A DNA stretch of 64,000 nucleotides, taken from Bacteroidota bacterium. Its GTDB lineage: Bacteria; Bacteroidota; Bacteroidia; Flavobacteriales; UBA7312. Below the pieces are notes generated by a model. It searched no databases. It was not told where the DNA came from and was given only the letters and a program-made list of their open reading frames with translations. Shown one piece after another: positions 57,888-64,000 of this stretch. The position numbers and the translations under genes were made by a program. The DNA lies in NCBI GenBank assembly GCA_036340235.1, contig JAYYZE010000010.1, positions 8,196 through 72,195 of the forward strand, in the 5' to 3' direction. The number at the start of each line of letters is the position of its first letter. Within the stretch, counting starts at the first letter, position 1.

Positions 57888-58820
57888 TTAATTAATAAAG
57901 CTTGAGCTAATAGATTTTTTCTCCAACACACTTTTAATGGTATTGGCAAACAAGTTTCCAATCTCAATTACTTTAACTTTTTTACTGTTATGTTCTTTTT
58001 TTAAGGAGTCCGTTACTATCAACTCTTCCAACTTTGAGTTATCTAATCGTTCATAAGCATCTCCCGAAAGAATGGCATGCGTACAACACGCTCTTACGCT
58101 TTTGGCTCCGTTTTCTATCAATAAATCGGCCGCTTTGGTAAGCGTACCGGCCGTATCAACCATGTCATCAACTAAGATAATGTCTTTACCTTGGACATCG
58201 CCGATGAGTAGCATTTTGCTGACTTCGTTGGCTTTGTCTCTATGTTTGTAGCAAACAACGACTTCTGTTTCCAAGTATTTGGCATAGGTGTTGGCACGCT
58301 TAGTTCCTCCCATATCAGGCGAGGCCATGCAAAGGTTGCTGAGGCCCAAGCTTTGAATGTATGGTACAAAAAGCGTGGAGGCAAACATGTGATCAACTGG
58401 CACTTCAAAAAATCCTTGAATTTGGTCGGCATGAAGGTCCATGGTCATTACCCGGTCAACTCCAGCAGCAGTCAAGAGATTGGCTACCAGCTTGGCACCT
58501 ATCGGCACCCTTGGCTTGCCTTTTTTGTCTTGTCGGGCATAACCAAAATAAGGCATAACAGCCGTAATTTTATAGGCCGAGGCACGCTTGGCTGCATCAA
58601 TCATCAGCAGCAACTCCATCAAATTGTCAGAAGGAGGCGGGGTTGATTGTATAATGAACACATGACACCCTCGGACCGTTTCATCAAAGGATGGCTCGAA
58701 CTCCCCGTCGCTAAAATATACCAAGGAGGTTTCACCGAGGGGTTGACCAAAGTGGTGGGCGATGGATTCTGCTAGTGATTGACTAACCGTTGCCGCGAAT
58801 AATTTGATGTTTGATGACAT
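57888..58820 (-). CDS. prs: Ribose-phosphate pyrophosphokinase
   Basis: FSDGE, PYFGYARQD, DLHADQIQGFF and VDDMVDTAGT motifs. Start set at ATG 58820. Confidence 0.97.
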   Translation of the reverse strand: MSSNIKLFAATVSQSLAESIAHHFGQPLGETSLVYFSDGEFEPSFDETVRGCHVFIIQSTPPPSDNLMELLLMIDAAKRASAYKITAVMPYFGYARQDKKGKPRVPIGAKLVANLLTAAGVDRVMTMDLHADQIQGFFEVPVDHMFASTLFVPYIQSLGLSNLCMASPDMGGTKRANTYAKYLETEVVVCYKHRDKANEVSKMLLIGDVQGKDIILVDDMVDTAGTLTKAADLLIENGAKSVRACCTHAILSGDAYERLDNSKLEELIVTDSLKKEHNSKKVKVIEIGNLFANTIKSVLEKKSISSSFIN

Positions 58821-58928
58821 GATTAAAATATGGGTGGGCAAAGATAAAAAAAAGATTGTAGTGAGAAGTATTTTGGCCCATTGATTTGTGAATGGCCAAC
58901 AAAAGAGTAAATTTGTCTGCTCTTTTTA

Positions 58929-59012
58929 GCCCGAGTGGCGGAATTGGTAGACGCGCTGGATTCAAAATCCAGTGATAGCAATATCGTGCCGGTTCGACCC
59001 CGGCCTCGGGTA
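58929..59012 (+). tRNA. tRNA-Leu(CAA)
   Basis: Acceptor GCCCGAG/CTCGGGT+A, anticodon arm CTGGA-TTCAAAA-TCCAG, variable arm GATAGCAATATC, T arm GCCGG-TTCGACC-CCGGC. Promoter TAAATTTG at 58908-58915. CCA not encoded. Confidence 0.96.
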
Positions 59013-59014
59013 CA

Positions 59015-59043
59015 AAATCCCCTCAGAGGATGAGGGGTTTTTT
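59015..59043 (+). terminator. Intrinsic terminator after tRNA-Leu
   Basis: CCCCTCA-GAGGA-TGAGGGG followed by TTTTTT. Confidence 0.85.
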
Positions 59044-59067
59044 GTATTTTTGTCTTTCGATAAAATT

Positions 59068-59487
59068 ATGAAACAAAGTAAATACGACCAGGCCTATTTG
59101 AAGATGGCCCAAGAGTGGGCCAAACTTTCCCACTGCCAACGCAAAAAAGTGGGAGCTCTAATTGTCAAAGATAAGATGATTATTTCAGATGGTTATAATG
59201 GCTGTCCATCGGGTTTTGAAAACGTCTGTGAAGACGACAATGGAGACACCAAATGGTATGTCCTACATGCCGAGGCCAATGCCATTTTAAAGGTAGCGCG
59301 CTCCCCACACAGTTGTCAAGGCGCCACCCTGTACCTAACTCTATCCCCCTGCAAAGAATGCAGCAAACTCATTCATCAGTCAGGTATTTCCAGAGTCGTC
59401 TACCTAGATGAATACAAGGATGCTGCAGGCCTTGATTTCTTGAGAAAAGCCAACGTCGAACTGTGTCATTTTACCTTTGATGAATAA
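59068..59487 (+). CDS. dCMP deaminase family protein
   Basis: SHCQRKKVGA, GYNG, HAEANA and SPCKEC motifs. Start set at ATG 59068, outside the tRNA. Confidence 0.92.
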   Translation: MKQSKYDQAYLKMAQEWAKLSHCQRKKVGALIVKDKMIISDGYNGCPSGFENVCEDDNGDTKWYVLHAEANAILKVARSPHSCQGATLYLTLSPCKECSKLIHQSGISRVVYLDEYKDAAGLDFLRKANVELCHFTFDE

Positions 59488-61051
59488 GCGTTCTCATTTT
59501 AGTCCTATCGTATTTTCACTAGTGCTTGTATTGGGTATTTGGCTTGGAAAGTCTTTGCAGTTTGGCACCACCACCAATCACGAGTTTAACAAGTTTAATC
59601 TAGTACTAGAACAACTAGAGCAGGCCTACGTTGATAGCATAAACAAAGACGAACTGGTAGAAAAAGCCGTTACGAGTTTACTTAAAGAACTCGACCCACA
59701 TTCTTATTACATAAAAGCCAAAGACCTCTCGGCAGTCAACGAACCCATGGAAGGGAGTTTCGATGGCATCGGCATAGAATTCAACCTATATGATGATACA
59801 ATCTTGGTGGTAGCTCCCATTTCTGGTGGCCCTTCTCAAAGCGTGGGCATACTTTCTGGCGACAAAATCGTTAGTGTTGACAGCGATACCATAGCGGGAA
59901 CCGGCCTAGAGAATGAAGACGTCATTAGCTTGTTAAGAGGAAAACGAGGCACCAAAGTAACGGTTGGTATTTTACGACGGGGCAACAACGAGCTCATCCC
60001 TTTCGAGATTACAAGGGGCCAGATTCCTATCAATAGCGTGGAAGTGAGCTACATGGTGGACGATAGCACGGGATATATCAAAATTAGCCGCTTTGCCGCC
60101 AATACTTTTGAAGAGTTCAAAAGCGCCTGCGAACAGCTCAACAGTGCTGGGATGCAAAAGCTCATTTTAGATTTAAGAAATAACCCCGGCGGATACCTTG
60201 GGGCAGCCATCAATGTTACCAACGAGTTTTTGGAGGATGATTTGCTTATTGTATACACTCAAGATAGAAATGGCAAGGGCGACTACTATTACTCCAACAA
60301 AAAGGGGACACTAATAGACAAGGAGGTAGTGGTAATTATTGACGAGGGCTCTGCCTCGGCCAGCGAAATTGTGGCTGGTGCACTACAAGACAACGACAGA
60401 GGCACCATAGTGGGTCGGCGATCGTTTGGAAAGGGACTTGTACAAGAGCAATTTGAACACCCCGATGGATCGGCCTATCGCATTACCACTCAACGCTACT
60501 ACACCCCCACCGGCCGGTGCATACAACGTCCGTACAATGTGGGAAACAACTCCCAGTACGACGATGATATTGTTAATCGAATAAGTAATGGCGAGCTACT
60601 CTCTCAAGACAGCATTGTCTTTAACGACAGTTTGAAATTTGTTACCAAAGCAGGAAAAGTAGTCTATGGCGGAGGAGGCATTATGCCAGATGTGTTTATA
60701 CCCATTGACACAACAAGCTATCATCCTTCATTGTCCATGGCCATACGCAAGGATTTAATCAGGCAGTTTGCGTTCAAGTACACCAACGAAAACCGCATCC
60801 AACTAGAACAACTATCTGTAGAGCAATACCTAGCCTTTTTTGACTTGCCTGACAACGTCATTAATGACCTTTCTTCCTTCTGTCAACAAAACGAGGTGTT
60901 GATGCCCAACGATGAGTTCACGACCTATGATGTACGCATTTTAAAGACCCAACTAAAGGCCTACATCGCTAGAGGTATTTGGAACGATGAAGGCTTCTTT
61001 CCTATTATACATAAAATTGACCTTACCTTTCAGAAGGCCAAACAATATTAA
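59480..61051 (+). CDS. S41 family carboxyl-terminal protease (second paralog)
   Basis: LDPHS, PDZ domain, DLRNNPGG, SASASEI and SFGKGLVQ motifs. Confidence 0.94.
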   Translation: MNKRSHFSPIVFSLVLVLGIWLGKSLQFGTTTNHEFNKFNLVLEQLEQAYVDSINKDELVEKAVTSLLKELDPHSYYIKAKDLSAVNEPMEGSFDGIGIEFNLYDDTILVVAPISGGPSQSVGILSGDKIVSVDSDTIAGTGLENEDVISLLRGKRGTKVTVGILRRGNNELIPFEITRGQIPINSVEVSYMVDDSTGYIKISRFAANTFEEFKSACEQLNSAGMQKLILDLRNNPGGYLGAAINVTNEFLEDDLLIVYTQDRNGKGDYYYSNKKGTLIDKEVVVIIDEGSASASEIVAGALQDNDRGTIVGRRSFGKGLVQEQFEHPDGSAYRITTQRYYTPTGRCIQRPYNVGNNSQYDDDIVNRISNGELLSQDSIVFNDSLKFVTKAGKVVYGGGGIMPDVFIPIDTTSYHPSLSMAIRKDLIRQFAFKYTNENRIQLEQLSVEQYLAFFDLPDNVINDLSSFCQQNEVLMPNDEFTTYDVRILKTQLKAYIARGIWNDEGFFPIIHKIDLTFQKAKQY

Positions 61052-61093
61052 TTTTTTTTACCTTTGCAACTACTAATTTAATACCTACAAACT

Positions 61094-61687
61094 ATGTCAT
61101 TCGAATTACCAAAGTTGCCATATGCCTACGACGCATTAGAGCCATATATAGACGCCAGAACAATGGAAATACACCATGGCAAACACCATGCTGGATATAC
61201 CGCCAAACTCAATGCTGCTGTTGATTTCAGTGAGTTTGAAAACAAATCTATTGAAGAGATATTAGCTGGTGATTTAACTCCCGCCATAAGAAATAATGGA
61301 GGTGGATTCTACAATCACTGCCTATTTTGGACGGTCATGAGCCCCAATGGTGGTGGCCAACCTAGTGGTGAGTTAGACGATGCCATAAATGAGGCCTTTG
61401 GCTCTTTTGAAACCTTCAAAGACAAATTCTCAAAAGCAGCCGCTACTCAATTTGGCTCTGGATGGGCCTGGCTGTGTGTAAAAAACGGCAAATTATCGGT
61501 TTGTTCAACGCCCAACCAAGACAACCCACTAATGAAAGATGGTTGTGGTGGCACGCCAATTTTGGGGATCGACGTTTGGGAGCATGCTTATTACCTCAAC
61601 TACCAAAACCGAAGACCGGACTATATTGAGGCCTTTTTCAATGTAGTCAATTGGGAAGAAGTAGACCGACGCTTTAAAGCAAGTTAA
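61094..61687 (+). CDS. sodA: Fe/Mn superoxide dismutase (Mn-type signature)
   Basis: [30 protein letters not shown] and DVWEHAYY motifs. Confidence 0.94.
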   Translation: MSFELPKLPYAYDALEPYIDARTMEIHHGKHHAGYTAKLNAAVDFSEFENKSIEEILAGDLTPAIRNNGGGFYNHCLFWTVMSPNGGGQPSGELDDAINEAFGSFETFKDKFSKAAATQFGSGWAWLCVKNGKLSVCSTPNQDNPLMKDGCGGTPILGIDVWEHAYYLNYQNRRPDYIEAFFNVVNWEEVDRRFKAS

Positions 61688-61695
61688 TTGATTTC

Positions 61696-61720
61696 AAAAC
61701 CCTCACTTGAGGGTTTTTTT
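61696..61720 (+). terminator. Intrinsic terminator after sod (possibly bidirectional)
   Basis: AAAACCCTCA-CT-TGAGGGTTTTTTT. Confidence 0.85.
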
Positions 61721-61780
61721 ATGCCCAAAAAACTACTCAATTGAGCCTTATTGTTAAGAAAATAACGATTACTCTTTGGT

Positions 61781-62311
61781 TTATGATAATTGTTTTAGGG
61801 GTTTGGCGGGCACACCACCATAAATCGTTAACTTTGGAACCGATTGGTTGACTACTGCCCCAGCGGCGATTACCGCTCCCTTACCTATCGTTACTCCTTG
61901 TAAAATTATAGCCCCACAACCTATCCACACCTCATCTTCTATTACTATGGGCTTGGTAGTCATACCTCTTCCTTTGTTTGGCTCATAATACAGACCATGA
62001 TTAACGGTCTCAAAGCACACTCGTGGACCAATTTGACAATTTGCTCCAATACGTATAATATTGTGTGGACAGCCAAATCGAATGTCTGTGTTTAAAAATG
62101 TGCCATTACCAATTTGAATATTGGAGGCCTTGCCTATCGGACGTATTGATAGAGGTCCAAAAATGGCCGCCTTACCATTGATTTTTACACCACTCAGCTG
62201 ATAAAAAAGATAGCGGTAAGGATCTAGGACTTTCAAACGAGTGAAATGATTTGCAATGGTCAAAAATACAACTTCGCGTAACTCTTGGAGCTTGTGTTTT
62301 AAATGTGTCAT
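61781..62311 (-). CDS. Hexapeptide-repeat (LbH) O-acyltransferase
   Basis: IEDEVWIGCGAIILQGVTIGKGAVIAAGAVV...GGVPAK. Confidence 0.9.
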   Translation of the reverse strand: MTHLKHKLQELREVVFLTIANHFTRLKVLDPYRYLFYQLSGVKINGKAAIFGPLSIRPIGKASNIQIGNGTFLNTDIRFGCPHNIIRIGANCQIGPRVCFETVNHGLYYEPNKGRGMTTKPIVIEDEVWIGCGAIILQGVTIGKGAVIAAGAVVNQSVPKLTIYGGVPAKPLKQLS

Positions 62312-62405
62312 GTGTGGGTCTTTTAGAGAAAAATGTTGTAAATCAAAGATATATTAAATTTTGCGGTTTGCTAAACCAACCAGGGGCTATAAACAGATAT
62401 AAATA

Positions 62406-62774
62406 CTAGAAGGTGAAAAAATAGTTGGCCAAAAAATTCCAAAAAGTGGTTAACCCAATAGCAATGAATTTTGATAGGTAAAAGCCCTGTTTTAATCGTT
62501 CATGCACTAAATATAATATGGTATTATTTATTAGTAGCCCAATCAACGAAACCACTAGAAAAGTAGCATACTCATTAGCAATACTTGGGTTAACACTCTC
62601 AAAAGTCCAAATCCTGTTGAGTAGGTAGTTTGAGCTTACCGCAAGAATAAATCCGACGGAGTTGGCCAAATATTTGTGTGTTTTTAACTTTTCCTTGAGG
62701 ATCCAGGTAGTGAGAAAATCTATGATTAGCCCAGAAAATCCAACTAAGCAAAACTTTACTAATTTGAATAACAT
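62406..62774 (-). CDS. GtrA family flippase-like protein
   Basis: KFCLVGFSG...D, SNYLLNRIWTF and WNFLANYFFTF motifs. Confidence 0.92.
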   Translation of the reverse strand: MLFKLVKFCLVGFSGLIIDFLTTWILKEKLKTHKYLANSVGFILAVSSNYLLNRIWTFESVNPSIANEYATFLVVSLIGLLINNTILYLVHERLKQGFYLSKFIAIGLTTFWNFLANYFFTF

Positions 62775-62778
62775 CTGT

Positions 62779-64000
62779 TTATTTTAATCGTTGGTAGTAA
62801 CTATCGTTATAAACCCGTAGGTTGTTTGATGTAAGCGCCACTTTTACCTTGATCTTGTTCTCAAGCTTTTCAGACAATGCTATGGAGTAGTTGATGGTTT
62901 CGAATGGGCCTATCTTTTGCATTTGGTCTAATTCATCTATAAAAACAGTGTACGCATGGCCATTTACGGAATAGTCTAGCTTCAAACGTTGTGTAGAGTC
63001 CCATTGGAAAAGTCTGTTTTTATGGGTCATATTACGAAGGTTGAATGATAAAAAGGGTATGCTATCAGTTTGCACAATGTTAATGTCATCCATTACTATT
63101 CCCGTGTATGAGTAGTAACTGTCTATAAAGCTAGCATAGTGTCGTAACTGATTTTTGGATTGCCATTTCAGCTCATTGCCAAAGCTTAAAGCCAACACCC
63201 TATGGCCATCGTACAGTGAGTCAATCCTGTACAAATCGACCTGACTAAATCGACTGCCTACTCTGGGTGCAGCAGGCATAATTTGATTTTTGGCGTATGA
63301 GTAGATTGACAAATCTTGGTATTTATTAGTAAATAGTATGGGAACGCCACCAGAAATGGAGTCTAACTCATTGGCCCATTTCTCCATGTTTACAAAATTC
63401 GATTTTAGCCGTAAGCTTTCTTCTAGGTGGTCGCCAGCTAGTACAAAACGGGAAATAATAATTAAAATAACCGCTGGATATATCAAGTAGGGCATGATTT
63501 TTTTAAATGTTCCTGATCGTAAGAAATGTAGGTAGGAAACGACTATGAGTGCAATCATAGAAACAGAAGTCCAGTGTGCTTCTATTCTGCTTCTAAAGCA
63601 ATAGAGCAGAAAGAAAATATAAAAGCCAATAGCAATGTATTTTAACGTATTTTCAAACGTATTTTGAGGCTTAAACTTAATGGCCATATAGATGACTAAC
63701 AGCCCACTAAAAGGGCCCGCCAAAAGCAATTGACCACCTATATATTCCAAAAAGTTATTGATGCTAAAACCCGATGTTCTAGTATCAACGTGATAAAGTA
63801 TACTTGGAAAATCGTTCTGAAATTGCCAGTAAAAATGAGGCAAAAGAAATGTGGTTGAGCAAAGTGCCACTAACCAAAAACTTCGTTTTGATAATAAGCT
63901 AAAATTAGCCAAAATAGTGAAAAATAGGATTAACACAGCGTGGTATTTACTATATACCATACCCGCAACAGCAAGAGACAAAATCAGTGAATGACTAATA
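62779..64000 (-). CDS. ArnT/GT39-like membrane glycosyltransferase, 5'-truncated by the window edge
   Basis: YSKYH, LLPHFYWQ...FPSILYH and RIEAHW motifs; multi-TM; frame is open to the window end; adjacent to GtrA. Confidence 0.75.
   Translation of the reverse strand, partial: ISHSLILSLAVAGMVYSKYHAVLILFFTILANFSLLSKRSFWLVALCSTTFLLPHFYWQFQNDFPSILYHVDTRTSGFSINNFLEYIGGQLLLAGPFSGLLVIYMAIKFKPQNTFENTLKYIAIGFYIFFLLYCFRSRIEAHWTSVSMIALIVVSYLHFLRSGTFKKIMPYLIYPAVILIIISRFVLAGDHLEESLRLKSNFVNMEKWANELDSISGGVPILFTNKYQDLSIYSYAKNQIMPAAPRVGSRFSQVDLYRIDSLYDGHRVLALSFGNELKWQSKNQLRHYASFIDSYYSYTGIVMDDINIVQTDSIPFLSFNLRNMTHKNRLFQWDSTQRLKLDYSVNGHAYTVFIDELDQMQKIGPFETINYSIALSEKLENKIKVKVALTSNNLRVYNDSYYQRLK

Noticed and set aside
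58972-59067. dCMP deaminase ORF overlapping tRNA-Leu
   Set aside because: The extension runs through the tRNA and its terminator; the real start is ATG 59068, after its own TATTTTTG element.
1339-60258. Numerous 60-134 aa antisense or alternate-frame ORFs
   Set aside because: Nearly all are nested in well-supported genes and show no recognisable motifs; treated as shadow ORFs.
45613-61051. Two S41 proteases as a recent duplication or novel system
   Set aside because: They are divergent paralogs, each in a neighbourhood typical of Bacteroidota (rnpA-yidD and dCMP deaminase).
1-64000. CRISPR arrays, defence systems, IS elements, prophage genes, inteins or introns in nrdA/nrdB/dnaG
   Set aside because: None seen. 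Protein lengths are normal or short, and no regularly spaced repeats were apparent on reading.

Overview
A densely packed, AT-rich housekeeping segment from a Bacteroidota genome, most likely a free-living Flavobacteriales outside Flavobacteriaceae (inference from TAnnTTTG promoters, T9SS genes and MEP-pathway ispG/ispD). It holds about 55 CDS, two tRNAs (Ser-GGA, Leu-CAA), several intrinsic terminators and one decayed secreted-protein pseudogene next to tRNA-Ser. I saw no CRISPR array, IS element, integrase or rRNA, and no unambiguous new multi-gene system. Best leads: (1) a recurring TAnnTTTG-N4/5-start codon architecture implying many leaderless mRNAs, including a 19-bp palindrome formed by two back-to-back promoters; (2) a class Id-type ribonucleotide reductase whose beta subunit carries the ATP cone, preceded by a 413-bp region with DnaA boxes and alternative TTGTAAT/ATTACAA pairings, next to Cys-rich DUF3109; (3) a pseudogene with three in-frame stops and an intact promoter at tRNA-Ser; (4) apparently clean domain losses (stand-alone Alr, shortened PorE-like protein); (5) a T9SS-secreted PNGase-F-like protein with an insert rich in O-glycosylation sequons. 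All product calls come from motif recognition, without database searches.
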